In this document: piece after piece, positions 33,331 through 44,330 of the stretch
Numbering within the stretch: position 1 is the stretch's first letter
Layout: each line of letters starts with the position of its first letter
Made by a program: the position numbers and the translations under genes
DNA from: a virus
Length of the DNA stretch: 64,000 nucleotides
Strand: one strand, 5' to 3'
Virus record (IMG/VR): IMGVR_UViG_3300024999_000049
Span: 56,194-120,193 of that record
The notes under the pieces: model-generated
Seen by the model: only the letters and a program-made list of their open reading frames with translations
Database searches by the model: none
Told to the model about the DNA's origin: nothing

Positions 33331-33669
33331 ATGAGATTATTTGAAACTAAAGCAGCATACAGTTCTATAGACGAAAAGTGGATAGAATTATATTTTATTA
33401 ATGGCGAAGAATTTAGTTCAGAAGAATATTTTAGTGAGATGGAATTGGAATCTGAAGAAGTTGAAGAAGAGGAAGATGAAGATTTGTATGATGATTCAGA
33501 TGAAGACGATGATTTTGAGGAATGTGACTGTGTAAGATGTAGAGCAGAAGATATCATGGATGGATATGTTGAAAGATTACAGGGATTGTTTTGCCCTCAT
33601 TGCATTAAAGAGGTTTTGGTTGATTTTCTTGAAGAATTAATTGATGGTGAGGATGAAGATGACGAGTAA
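33331..33669 (+). CDS. Highly acidic small protein with two CxxC
   Basis: E/D-rich, CDCVRC and CPHC. Confidence 0.7.
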   Translation: MRLFETKAAYSSIDEKWIELYFINGEEFSSEEYFSEMELESEEVEEEEDEDLYDDSDEDDDFEECDCVRCRAEDIMDGYVERLQGLFCPHCIKEVLVDFLEELIDGEDEDDE

Positions 33670-33828
33670 GTTTTATAACACAATGAAATAAAGGTTTTAT
33701 CGTGATTTTTTGAATTTAAACTTTAGTGTTTGTGTACATTGAGAGCCTTTCTTCTTCTCTATTTATTTAGGGATTTTAAGAAAGGTTTTATTATGCATAT
33801 AAATAAAAATTAATATTGTGAGGTTTGT

Positions 33829-34143
33829 ATGGGATATGTCTATTTTATATATAGTTGTAATGATAATAAATGTAAAATTGGATTTTCTAAAAATCATCCA
33901 TCAAAACGTTTAAAACAACTTAATACAGGAAACTCCTCTTCTCTATTGCTTTTAGGATATATAGAAGGAAATATGAAAATAGAAAAAAATATTAGAAATC
34001 AATTTCATTATTTATGGGAGAATTTAGAATGGCTAAATATTGATGAATCATTGATTCAGTACATAAATTCAAACAATCAATTGGACGTTTATGTTGATTG
34101 GTTGGATGGTAAATTGCAGGTTTACAAAAAAATGAAAAAGTAA
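33829..34143 (+). CDS. GIY-YIG (T5orf172/Mug113-like) nuclease-domain protein
   Basis: GYVYFI...KIGFS..P.KRLKQLNTG...EW. Confidence 0.8.
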   Translation: MGYVYFIYSCNDNKCKIGFSKNHPSKRLKQLNTGNSSSLLLLGYIEGNMKIEKNIRNQFHYLWENLEWLNIDESLIQYINSNNQLDVYVDWLDGKLQVYKKMKK

Positions 34144-34173
34144 GTAAGTTAAAATAAAGAAAATATAATAGAG

Positions 34174-35154
34174 GTGAATTTAATGCCAAGACCAAAATCT
34201 GTAGGACAGAAAATAGAAGTACCAAAAAATTATTGTAGAATGTGTCAAAAGATGCTTAGTCTTGACAATTTCTATGAAGCAACGAACCCCCTACTTGATA
34301 AAAATGGTAAGATGTCTATATGTAAAGAACATTGCAATTCAATATATGATATGTATTTTTCTATACATAATAATTTAGAGATAGCTTTACAATTAACATG
34401 TGAAGATTTGGATGTAAGGTTTAGCAAAGAAGCCTTAGCACAAGTTAAATCACATATAGAAAGTTTGATTTCTAAAGGTAAAAAAGCAGAAGCTATATTT
34501 GGCTATTATAAAAGCAAGTTGAGTTCAACTAACAAGAATAATACAAAAATGGATTCTTTTAGATATAAAGATAGTGATTGTTTAAATGAAATAGATATAA
34601 ATAGTATAAATATAAATAATATGAATAGTGAAGAAATAGATGAAGATTTAATACTATTTTGGGGAAAATCGTTTAATTTGGATGATATGATATTTTTAGA
34701 GAGAGAATTATCAAATTGGAAACAAACTCATAAATGTGACAATCATGCAGAGTTAACTTTATTAAGAGAAATATGTATTACTATATTAGAAATAAGAAAT
34801 CAAAGAGCAGAGGGTAAACCAACGAAAGATTTAAAAAAAGAACTTCAGGAAATAATGAAAACTGCTAGTGTAGATCCAGCTAAAGCTAATGCAGCAAGTG
34901 CGGGAAAATCACATGAATGTTGGGGCTTATTTATTAAAGATATAGAACAATTTAGACCTGCTGAATGGCATGAACAACAAGAAAAATATGTTGATATGGA
35001 TGGCTTTAAACCATATATTAAAAATTATATTGTACGTCCAATTGAAAATTTCCTTACTGGAGTTAGAAATTTCTTTGTTGATGACAATATAGATGCAGAT
35101 TTGGATAGCGTTGATGTTGGCAATGTAAATGAAGGTGATTCTGATGGGTCTTAG
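34174..35154 (+). CDS. Putative terminase small subunit (YonG-like)
   Basis: N-terminal CRMC...FY...ICKEHC; directly upstream of and overlapping TerL. Confidence 0.6.
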   Translation: MNLMPRPKSVGQKIEVPKNYCRMCQKMLSLDNFYEATNPLLDKNGKMSICKEHCNSIYDMYFSIHNNLEIALQLTCEDLDVRFSKEALAQVKSHIESLISKGKKAEAIFGYYKSKLSSTNKNNTKMDSFRYKDSDCLNEIDINSININNMNSEEIDEDLILFWGKSFNLDDMIFLERELSNWKQTHKCDNHAELTLLREICITILEIRNQRAEGKPTKDLKKELQEIMKTASVDPAKANAASAGKSHECWGLFIKDIEQFRPAEWHEQQEKYVDMDGFKPYIKNYIVRPIENFLTGVRNFFVDDNIDADLDSVDVGNVNEGDSDGS

Positions 35155-36979
35155 TTATGGAAAATATCAAAATGATTTTTCGAAATATAGTGGTAATAGT
35201 GATCAAAGCAAAGCTCCAAAATCAATGATAAAAGGTAAAGAAAGAACCGAGCAATGGCAAGAGAATACAATTGACTGGAATACTTATTTCAGAAGAAATA
35301 TTCATAGATTTATTCAACTATATTTTAAAGTACAATTATATTGGTATCAAGTAATATGGATATATTTTATGAGTATATGTGAAAATTTTGTAACAATTGC
35401 AAGTAGAGCAGCAGCAAAGTCATGGTTGATTGCTTTATTGGCGTATGCTCGTGGCACACTTTATCCAAATTCGGAGATAGTAATTGTAGCAACGTCCATG
35501 AAACAAGCTGCAATAATATTTGGTAAAATGGCAAGATTAAAAGATGATTACTCTAATATTGCAAGAGAAGTTAAAACTTTTTCAGATACTCAAAATAATT
35601 GTAATTGTACATTGCATAATGGTACCACTATTAAAGTGGTAGCTTGTCAAGAATCGGGAAGGGGCGAGAGATCGACTTTTACAATAGGCGAAGAATTTAG
35701 GATTATGGATAAACAAAAATTTGATAGTATTGTTAAACCTTTTGCTTATGCTAGGCAAACTCCTTATTTAATGAAGCCTGAATATGCAAACAATAAAATT
35801 TTAGTTGAAGAACCTAGACAAGTATTGATATCTTCTGCTTATCATAAAGGTTTATGGTGGTATAAGGAAACTTTAGATACAATTAAAATGATGTTAGCAG
35901 GTAAAGATTCAGGATTTATCGCGTTTGACTATTTAATAGCAATAAAACATAATATTAAAACTAAAAAATTAATAGCAAGAGATAAAGCAACGATGGATGA
36001 GATTACTTTTTTAGAAGAATATGAAAATATTCCTTGGGGTGAAAATAGCAATTCTTATTTTAAATTGGAAATGTTTAGTAAAAATAAAAAGTTAAAAAAA
36101 GCATTTTATCCTTTTAGAAAAGATAACTTTGATAAGAAACAAAATCCTCATGAAATAAAACATATAGATGGCGAAATTAGAATTGTGTCTGTCGATATTG
36201 CAACTCGTAAAGGTAAAAAAAATGATAATACAGTTATATCATGTATTCGAGGATTGCCAACAGCAAGAGGATATGAACGTGAATATGTTTATATGGAATC
36301 GCATCAAGGAGAACATACTGCTATTCAAGCTCTCAGAGTAAAACAAATTTATCATGATTTTAAAGCAGATTATATTGTATTGGATTTACAAAATGCTGGA
36401 ATTACAGTTTTTGAAAGGCTTGCAGTAGTAACGAAAGATGAGGAACGTGGTCTTGAATATGATGCTTTTACTGTTTATGAACATAAATCATTAGATAAAA
36501 AATTAATAGATGAATTAAAAGAAAAAACATTAGCTTTAAATGCAAAACCAATAATTTATCCTATTATGGCAGGGGCAAAAGATAATAATGATATCGCTGT
36601 AGATTTTAGAGATAGATTAAAAAGGGGTATGTGTAGTTTTCTTATTGATGATAATGATGGAGAAGACTATTTAATTTCAAAAAATAAAGAATTTGTTAGT
36701 ACTGATGATATAAATATAAAAGTATGGTATTTACATCCTTATAAACAATTTTCGGAAATGATTATTGAAACAATTAATCTTGAATTTTCAATGCTTAGTG
36801 GAAATGTAAAATTAGAAACTGTTGGAACAGCACGAAAAGACAGGTACACAAGTTGCTCTTACGGTGGATTTTTTATTTCTTTATTGGAAAACGATTTATT
36901 AAAAGAGAAACCAGAAGACGATTTAGAAAATTTATTCATAGCACCAACATCAAGGCCATGGGAAAAGTTCGAATATTAA
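35129..36979 (+). CDS. terL: Terminase large subunit (YonF-like)
   Basis: LYWYQ adenine motif, ASRAAAKS Walker A, RGER, EEFR Walker B, ISSA, VSVDIA...ND, KDRYTS. Confidence 0.9.
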   Translation: MKVILMGLSYGKYQNDFSKYSGNSDQSKAPKSMIKGKERTEQWQENTIDWNTYFRRNIHRFIQLYFKVQLYWYQVIWIYFMSICENFVTIASRAAAKSWLIALLAYARGTLYPNSEIVIVATSMKQAAIIFGKMARLKDDYSNIAREVKTFSDTQNNCNCTLHNGTTIKVVACQESGRGERSTFTIGEEFRIMDKQKFDSIVKPFAYARQTPYLMKPEYANNKILVEEPRQVLISSAYHKGLWWYKETLDTIKMMLAGKDSGFIAFDYLIAIKHNIKTKKLIARDKATMDEITFLEEYENIPWGENSNSYFKLEMFSKNKKLKKAFYPFRKDNFDKKQNPHEIKHIDGEIRIVSVDIATRKGKKNDNTVISCIRGLPTARGYEREYVYMESHQGEHTAIQALRVKQIYHDFKADYIVLDLQNAGITVFERLAVVTKDEERGLEYDAFTVYEHKSLDKKLIDELKEKTLALNAKPIIYPIMAGAKDNNDIAVDFRDRLKRGMCSFLIDDNDGEDYLISKNKEFVSTDDINIKVWYLHPYKQFSEMIIETINLEFSMLSGNVKLETVGTARKDRYTSCSYGGFFISLLENDLLKEKPEDDLENLFIAPTSRPWEKFEY

Positions 36980-37042
36980 GTTAATATAGTAATGTGTAAA
37001 TTAAATATAATAATATTTAAAAGAAAGGCGGTGAAATATCCA

Positions 37043-38656
37043 TTGGCAAGAGGAAGACCAAAAAAAATAACAGAGAATGAAAGTATAAATGTTAATACAA
37101 ATATTAATACAAATGAAACTGTAAAAATGTCTAGTGTCAATGAAAATTTAAATACGGATATGTCACCAGAGAAGTTTATAGAAACATATTCTAATACATT
37201 GTATTCTTTGATGAGACAAATAAATAATAATCCTTCATATTTTCCACATTATGGAAACTCATTAATGAAGGATATAAATATATCTCCGTATAAACCTACT
37301 GCTTCTGAGATTGAGAAATGGTTGCTACAACCTCATAGATTTGAACAGCAATTAGCTCAGTTATCACAGCATCTTGAAGGTGTAATTATGCAGTATACCC
37401 GTACTGTATATTATTTTGCGACATTATTAACTTTTAATTATTATATATATCCTATTAATACTCCAACAAAAAAAGATGAAGTAACTGCTTTTAAGAACTC
37501 TTATAAAAAAGCATTAGACTGGTTAAGAAAATTTAGACCGAAAGAACAGTTTCAAAATGCAATGTTAGGAATTATTCGTGAAGGCGGAAAATTTTATTAT
37601 ATTAGGGAATCTGAATACATAGATTTACAAGAGTTACCGCCTCAAAACTGCATCATTACAGGGCGTACTTCAATCGGTTACAGTTATTCATTTGATATGT
37701 CCTTTTTCCTTCGTGCTCCACATTCTTTAAATGATTATGCCTCTGAATTTACTGAATGGTTTGAAGATTTTTATGATGATATAAAAATATCTCAAAATTA
37801 CTATAAACAGATACCTATTGAATCTAGCGTAGTATTTCTTTTTGATGACACAAAAGCTGCTAGGTTGAATCCTTTAAGGGGATTGTTTAAAGATGTTCTT
37901 GATGTTCAGATTTATAAAGAACTTTTAAAGGCGAAATCACAACTTGATACATGGAAATTAGTATATCTTAAAGCACCAGTAGACAAAGACGGCAAGCCAA
38001 CTTTAAGTATGCCGCTTATTAGCAGCTGGCTGGCGGCAGCACAATCCGCGCTCCCCTACGGTGTTGTAGCATTTGGCAGTCCGCTTGAAGGTCAAGTACT
38101 TAATATTGCAGATAATCAATCATCAGTTTCTAATATTGCATCATTAGCCACCTCTCAGTTTTGGGAACACGCAGGAGTTAACTCAAATATAATGGGTAAT
38201 AGTGATGCAAAAACAGCATCTGCAATTAAAGCTAGTATTGAAGCAGATGTAAATTTTGTATCACATTTGTATCCTATGTTTGAAAGATTTGTTAACTTTC
38301 AATTAGCACAAAAAACTGGAAATAAATTTAGATGGGGAGTAAAATTTTTTGGAGACAAGTTTCATAATGATAGTATCCAAAAAGAATTAAAAGATGCTAT
38401 TCAATATGATGATACTAATTATATTAAGTGGCAAGCCTCTCTTGGATACGAACCTTTTGAGACTAGCGGACTTAATGATATGATGGATGTTTTAGGTATA
38501 AGAAAGAAAATTAAGCCAATGATGAGTAGTCATACATTAAGTGGAAACGAAAGTAAGAATGGACGTCCAACTGCTGAAGAGTCTGGGAATAGTCTTGGAG
38601 ATGCAGGAGAGATAACGGCTGATGCGGGCAGTAATGTTGATAAAATTGTAGATTAA
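37043..38656 (+). CDS. Portal protein (YonE-like); TTG start
   Basis: Follows TerL; size; AAGGCGGTG RBS; C-terminal SSHTLSG...GRP. Confidence 0.75.
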   Translation: MARGRPKKITENESINVNTNINTNETVKMSSVNENLNTDMSPEKFIETYSNTLYSLMRQINNNPSYFPHYGNSLMKDINISPYKPTASEIEKWLLQPHRFEQQLAQLSQHLEGVIMQYTRTVYYFATLLTFNYYIYPINTPTKKDEVTAFKNSYKKALDWLRKFRPKEQFQNAMLGIIREGGKFYYIRESEYIDLQELPPQNCIITGRTSIGYSYSFDMSFFLRAPHSLNDYASEFTEWFEDFYDDIKISQNYYKQIPIESSVVFLFDDTKAARLNPLRGLFKDVLDVQIYKELLKAKSQLDTWKLVYLKAPVDKDGKPTLSMPLISSWLAAAQSALPYGVVAFGSPLEGQVLNIADNQSSVSNIASLATSQFWEHAGVNSNIMGNSDAKTASAIKASIEADVNFVSHLYPMFERFVNFQLAQKTGNKFRWGVKFFGDKFHNDSIQKELKDAIQYDDTNYIKWQASLGYEPFETSGLNDMMDVLGIRKKIKPMMSSHTLSGNESKNGRPTAEESGNSLGDAGEITADAGSNVDKIVD

Positions 38657-38685
38657 ATTTAACTAACTAAATAAATATAATATTA

Positions 38686-38714
38686 TTGACAAAACTATAA
38701 AATAATAGTATAAT
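38686..38714 (+). promoter_or_regulatory. SigmaA promoter of the endonuclease gene
   Basis: TTGACA-N17-TATAAT. Confidence 0.8.
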
Positions 38715-38823
38715 AATATTGGGGATAGATAAGGATTAATTACCCTTATTGAAAAAGGCAACATCCTGATTGCTCTTCCCTATTTTAAATTTCAGGATAA
38801 TAATTCTACAGGAGGAATTTATA

Positions 38824-40275
38824 ATGGGACTTATAACCAAAGAAGTGGAAATTGTTGTAAATAGTAAAACAATAAAACACTATAGAGAATTAGGATATGA
38901 AATTATTAAAGATGAATGGCATAGTGCAAGTAATAAAATTAAAATAAAAGTTGAACATTTAACAGATGGTAGCCATTCCAAGGTTGATATTAAATGTGAT
39001 GGTTGTGGCAAAGAATTAACAGATATGCCTTGGAAAGATTATAAAAGGTATGTACGTGATGATGGAAAATATTATTGTGTTCAATGTTCACATGTACTAA
39101 GTAATAATCATAATAAATTTACAGAAGAAGATGTTAGAAAAATAGTTAATGAAAAATTAGGTATTGATTGGAAAATTCATGAGATTAAAGTAATTAAAAG
39201 ACATACAAATGTAGAATTAGAGGATACAGAAGGATATTGGTATGATAATGTTAATATTTCATCTGTTAAATTTAGAGATAAACCACGTAGGTTTCATAAA
39301 TCTAACACATATACTGAATATAATATTAATAGATATTGTGAAATAAATGTTTTACCTATTAGGTTACATAAAGATAAAAGAAGTACTATAGATAATAAGC
39401 ATAATAAAGCAGAGTGGTACTGTTTAGATTGTGGAAAAATTTTTGAACGAACGTTTGATGCAGTTAGAAATGGTCAAACTTCATGTCCTTGTTGTAGTGA
39501 TAATATTTCATATCCAGAAAAATTTGGATTATCATTTTTTAATCAATTAAATATTAATTATATTTATAATTCTAAATTAAAATGGTCTGAAAATTATAGA
39601 TATGATTTTATTATTGATAATTTAAAATTAATTGTAGAAACACATGGTGGACAACATTATGAAGAGTCTTTTTCTAGAATTAATGGGGCAAAGACATTAG
39701 AGGAAGAGCAAGAAAATGATAGATTAAAGAAAGAGCTAGCCGTGAGAAATGGTTATAAATACATAGAAATTGATTGTAGAAAATCAGATATGACATGGAT
39801 TAAAAATAATATATTGGATAGTGAGTTAATAAAATTGTTTGATTTGTCTAATATCGATTGGCTACAAATACATGAAAAATCTTGTAAAAATTTAGTTAAA
39901 ATCGTTTGTGATATGTGGAATAATGGTATTAGAAATACACTTGATATCAGTAAAATTATTAAATTGAGTAGAAGTTCAATTACTACATATTTAAAACAAG
40001 GAACAGAGTTGGGATGGTGTGATTATAATCCAATAGATGCAAAAAAAGATGGATATAAAAAAAATAGTATTGAACAATCTAAAATTGTTATTCAATTATC
40101 CTTAGAAGGATAATATATTGCAGAATTCAGTAGTATAAAAGAAGCAGCTAAAAAATTAAACATGAATCCTTCAGCAATTTCTGCCGTTTGTGTCGGTAGA
40201 TATACTCAAACAAATAGTTTCAAGTGGTTACACAAATCAGACTATGAAGAATTGATTAAATCTAATAATCAATAA
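38824..40275 (+). pseudogene. Free-standing Zn-ribbon/DUF559-type homing endonuclease with premature TAA (40111) in its C-terminal NUMOD1
   Basis: SYPEK, YRYDF, ETHGGQH, ND..KK; frame continues after the stop as YIAEFSSIKEAAKKL...ISAVC.G...FKW. Confidence 0.75.
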
Positions 40276-40302
40276 ACTAAATAAGAATAATAAAAGCAAA
40301 CG

Positions 40303-40330
40303 AAGAGACTATTGTGATAGTCTCTTTTTG
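40303..40330 (+). terminator. Intrinsic terminator
   Basis: AAGAGACTAT-TGTG-ATAGTCTCTT followed by Ts. Confidence 0.75.
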
Positions 40331-40405
40331 ATTTGTAACAAAATAACAAACCAATAAAATAAAAATAACCTTATAGAACAAAAACTATGAAATGAGTGAT
40401 TATAT

Positions 40406-40636
40406 GTGTTAGTAAAAAATGCAGAAAATATATTTACCCAAGCCGATATTTATTACTGCTATTCACCTCCTTTAAAGAAACACCTGTGCAATAATAAAAA
40501 GTTGGGATATATTGGTAAAGGTGTAAATGGGGATAGTGGTAAGACCTACTGGCTATTTATCAGAAATGAAGAGTTGGAAGGTTACTTAAAAGAATGGTCT
40601 GATAATTCAAAAAATGGGATTAAGGCAGTAGAGTAA
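40406..40636 (+). CDS. Small hypothetical protein
   Basis: YCYSPPLKK.L...YWLF motif. Confidence 0.65.
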   Translation: MLVKNAENIFTQADIYYCYSPPLKKHLCNNKKLGYIGKGVNGDSGKTYWLFIRNEELEGYLKEWSDNSKNGIKAVE

Positions 40637-40666
40637 TATATCATGATTTAAAGGAGGTGAGTAATA

Positions 40667-42505
40667 TTGAGTGAGAGTGAAATAGTATCTTTTGCAGTAC
40701 AAAAAGTAAATAAGTTAAAAGAAGATGACAGATTTATATATTTAGATATGCAAATTGCATTGGTAGGACTGAACTCGAATAAGAGTTTTATTTCTAAATC
40801 TGCTTATGATGATGCAAAACCAACAATTGAGTATATTCCAATATGTGCTACACTTGCTTCAAATAAAAAAGATTTTCTTGAGCATGAAGGTATTCCTAAA
40901 TTAAAATGTATTGGAGTAATTTTGTCTTTACAAGATAATAATTATAGATATGAGACTTTAGAAGATGAAAATGGAAATGATAGAGAATATATTTTTGTTA
41001 ATGGCATCATATTTAAGGAATATTGTCCCATAGAATCAAAAATTATTTTGGAAAATATTGAAAAAAGCACAAGTCTTGAAATAGAAGTTTTACAAAAGAC
41101 CAAAAAAGATGGTCTTTTTTATTTTGATAAATTTAGATATCAAAGTTGTGTGGTTATTGGGTCAAAGTATGAACCAGGAATGAAGGATTCTCATCTTGAA
41201 GTTGCTTCTGATTACAAAGAAAAATATAGTCAAGATATTGAAAAAATTAAATATGTTTTCTCAAAACAAACTACAGATACCGACAATAAATTTCAATTAG
41301 GAGACAGCGTAATCCCAACAGAATTACATATGCCTGAACACGAAGGGAAAATAGGAATAATTTCTGAGGTGAGAAATGGTAATTATTATGCAATAAAATT
41401 TACTGATACCGATGAACAACATGAATGGTATGCAGAAGATGAATTAAAGATTGCTGATAAAGACACAGAAGAATTTATATCCAAAGATGAAATTGGTATT
41501 AATGAAAAAATTAATATAGATTTACAAAAAGAAAATTTCAAAGAAAGTGAGGTTGATAAAATGGCTTTTAACAAAGAAGAATTTACACAAAAATTTGGCT
41601 TAACTGCAAATCAATTAAGAGATTCAATGAATGAAGCATGTAACAGTATAAAATATAAATCTGGAGATTATGAATATACAAAATATTGGGTTTCGGATTA
41701 TGATGAAAAATATGCTTATTCGTATGATTATGAGTTGAACAAGTATATGGCTCTATCATATAAAATGGAAGATGGAAAATGTCTCTTAGATTTTGCTGGT
41801 GCAAAACCTGCCAAAACAATGCAAACATGGATAGTAGAGGGTGAAGAAGATGGTGAAATGCCTGAACCGTCTATACTAGAAGAATTGTTAGCTAAAATTC
41901 TTGAAAAAGTTTCTGCTGAAAAAGTTGATTTTGCTGCTAAAGTTGAATCTGAAAAAGAAACAATGAAAGCTGAATTTTCTCAAGAAAAAGAAACAATGAA
42001 AGAAACAATGACAGGGACAATAAAAGAAACTGTGAAAGCAGAATTTGCTATTCAAATAGATGAAAAGCAGAATTCTATTGTTTCATTGGGTCAAGAATTG
42101 GATGGTTTGAAAGAACAATTTACTGCAAAAGAAACAGAAATAGAAACCTTTAAATCTGAAGTTGCAACTTTCAAGAATGAAAATGAAACTCTTAAATCTG
42201 ATATTGCTAAATTTGCTAAAGAAAAGAAAGAAACACATGCAGAAGTTATTCTTTCTAAATTTGCAAAGAAAATTAGTGAAGATGAAAGAAAAGAATTATT
42301 TGGAAAACTTGAAAAGTTTAGCACAGTTGAAGATTTTGAGAAAGAAGTTAAAGCTTTTGTTTGTGATAAATATGAAGCTGAAACCAAAGGAAAAGGCAAT
42401 AAAGAATTTACCACTTATTCACGTATGAGCGTGAATACAACTATTGATGTTAAGTCTGATGGTAATCATTGGACGGATTACATAAAAGAATATAAACAAG
42501 AATAA
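40667..42505 (+). CDS. Prohead protease/scaffold (YonD-like)
   Basis: N-terminal N.NKS.I, H, SLEI, EPGM protease-like motifs; long acidic coiled coil; between portal and capsid. Confidence 0.7.
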   Translation: MSESEIVSFAVQKVNKLKEDDRFIYLDMQIALVGLNSNKSFISKSAYDDAKPTIEYIPICATLASNKKDFLEHEGIPKLKCIGVILSLQDNNYRYETLEDENGNDREYIFVNGIIFKEYCPIESKIILENIEKSTSLEIEVLQKTKKDGLFYFDKFRYQSCVVIGSKYEPGMKDSHLEVASDYKEKYSQDIEKIKYVFSKQTTDTDNKFQLGDSVIPTELHMPEHEGKIGIISEVRNGNYYAIKFTDTDEQHEWYAEDELKIADKDTEEFISKDEIGINEKINIDLQKENFKESEVDKMAFNKEEFTQKFGLTANQLRDSMNEACNSIKYKSGDYEYTKYWVSDYDEKYAYSYDYELNKYMALSYKMEDGKCLLDFAGAKPAKTMQTWIVEGEEDGEMPEPSILEELLAKILEKVSAEKVDFAAKVESEKETMKAEFSQEKETMKETMTGTIKETVKAEFAIQIDEKQNSIVSLGQELDGLKEQFTAKETEIETFKSEVATFKNENETLKSDIAKFAKEKKETHAEVILSKFAKKISEDERKELFGKLEKFSTVEDFEKEVKAFVCDKYEAETKGKGNKEFTTYSRMSVNTTIDVKSDGNHWTDYIKEYKQE

Positions 42506-42533
42506 TAAGGGATTGAAAGGATGGTAATATAAT

Positions 42534-43049
42534 ATGGCTAATATCGTTGAGATCATGGGCGAAATAATTGATGATGGTGAAGTATTAAGTGTACAACATG
42601 CTACACTTGCACTTGATGACGGTTATGTAGGTGAACTTACTGGCTTGGTATCTGGAGAGAGGGATTTATATACAATTGCTACAGCTGATGCTGTGACTAC
42701 TGATGAAGTAGTAATGGTTGTTGGTGCAGAAGTATATATTGATGCAAATGGATTTAGAAGTCCTTTGCATAATAAAGCTAGTTTCACTTATATCGCAACT
42801 AGGCCTGTAAGAGCTTATAGAATGAGGGTTGGTAGAAGGGTTAAGATTAATACTTCTGGTATTACTGGAACACCTGTAGCTGGACAATATGTAATACCAG
42901 TCAATGGTACTTTTGTACTTGCTGCTGCTGCTGATTTAACTGGTGCTACTAGATTAGCATTTGTAGTTGAAGAAACTGGAGCTACTTGTAATATATTTAC
43001 AGGTAAAACTGCTGTTCCTGCTACAATACTTAGAGTTGTTAAAGCGTAA
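42534..43049 (+). CDS. Head decoration/minor capsid protein
   Basis: Ala/Thr/Gly/Val-rich; between scaffold and MCP. Confidence 0.6.
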   Translation: MANIVEIMGEIIDDGEVLSVQHATLALDDGYVGELTGLVSGERDLYTIATADAVTTDEVVMVVGAEVYIDANGFRSPLHNKASFTYIATRPVRAYRMRVGRRVKINTSGITGTPVAGQYVIPVNGTFVLAAAADLTGATRLAFVVEETGATCNIFTGKTAVPATILRVVKA

Positions 43050-43085
43050 TTAAATAAATATAATAAGAGAGGATGGTAATAATAT

Positions 43086-44198
43086 ATGATGATGAATAGA
43101 CTTGCTACGTTTTCAAAGAAACAAGTAGCTACAGTAGAATTAGGAAAAGAATTATACAAACATTATTTGTATGAAAAAGAAAACACTAATGGCAGATATG
43201 ATAGATTTCAGACATTTGCTAAAACTGCTGATGAAGCTGGGCATATGGTTTCATATGCTGACAAAAACAAGTTGTTCCACAATATGCTTGTAGATGAAGC
43301 ATATGAGATTTCTGGACTTAATAAAGAGAGGTTTTCTGTAATAGATGCCTTTACATTCCAGAATTTTGAAAGAGCATATTTTGCTGTTTTGGAAGAAACT
43401 CTTAATGTAGTTAATACTAAGGCAGAAATTGAACAGGCTCTTAATTTCGTAGAAGTAAAGAGTTTGGCTGAAGGGGATAGTTTGACTTTCCACATTCCTT
43501 CAAACCATTTGCTTTCTGTTTCTACAGTAGCTAATGGCGTTAGAAACGTTCACTTCCAGAAATTATGGGAAGAAGATGTTACTCTCGTGCCAAAAGTGAA
43601 AAAGGCGGGGATCGCCGTGGATGTATATCGTGTAGCAACGGGTATGTATGATTATGGTCATCTGATTAATCAGGTTGTTAAATCATTCATAGTTAAATTG
43701 CAACAAGAAGCTATTGATATCGTTTACGGTGCGTATAGTACGCTCGCCACAGGCTTCAAAGAAAGTACCTTTGCCCAGGACTCTTACATCAGGTTGGCTG
43801 AAAAAGTTGAAGCTGCTAATGGTTCTCCTGTAATCGCTATAGGTACAAAAACGGCATTAAATGTTGTACTTCCGACGTCGGATTACTTGAAGTTTGCTGC
43901 GGGTGCAGAGTATCTTGGAGAAGGTTACATACAAGCTCCGTTTGGAATTCAAACTTTGAGACTTGCTCAAAGCGTGAAGCCGTCTAGTGCATATGATTTC
44001 GCAATCTCAAACGACTATATTATAATGATTAGTGCTGGAACTGACAAAATATGTAAAATTGGCAAGGAAGGAAAAATGTCGATAAGACAGAGCAGAGATG
44101 GCGATTTGGCAGATAATTCCAGAAATTACACAATTACAGATAGTTGGGAATTGAAAATGGTGTCACAATCTCATTTCGGGATTATAAAAGTGCGCTGA
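43086..44198 (+). CDS. Major capsid protein
   Basis: About 370 aa, position in head module, strong RBS. Confidence 0.75.
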   Translation: MMMNRLATFSKKQVATVELGKELYKHYLYEKENTNGRYDRFQTFAKTADEAGHMVSYADKNKLFHNMLVDEAYEISGLNKERFSVIDAFTFQNFERAYFAVLEETLNVVNTKAEIEQALNFVEVKSLAEGDSLTFHIPSNHLLSVSTVANGVRNVHFQKLWEEDVTLVPKVKKAGIAVDVYRVATGMYDYGHLINQVVKSFIVKLQQEAIDIVYGAYSTLATGFKESTFAQDSYIRLAEKVEAANGSPVIAIGTKTALNVVLPTSDYLKFAAGAEYLGEGYIQAPFGIQTLRLAQSVKPSSAYDFAISNDYIIMISAGTDKICKIGKEGKMSIRQSRDGDLADNSRNYTITDSWELKMVSQSHFGIIKVR

Positions 44199-44330
44199 TA
44201 GACTTATAAAAATAATTAAATAATGGTTCTTATATAGATTTGCAAGTTTATATAAGGTAATTAAAAAGCACATGCCTATACATGTGCTTTTCCCATTTAT
44301 ATTTCTTATATAGGAAAGGAAATAAAAATA

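Noticed and set aside
40111..40113. Stop-codon reassignment
   Set aside because: Isolated case; TAA, TAG and TGA all terminate other genes normally
44222..44320. Hammerhead ribozyme
   Set aside because: The three-way junction lacks the CUGANGA/GAAA core
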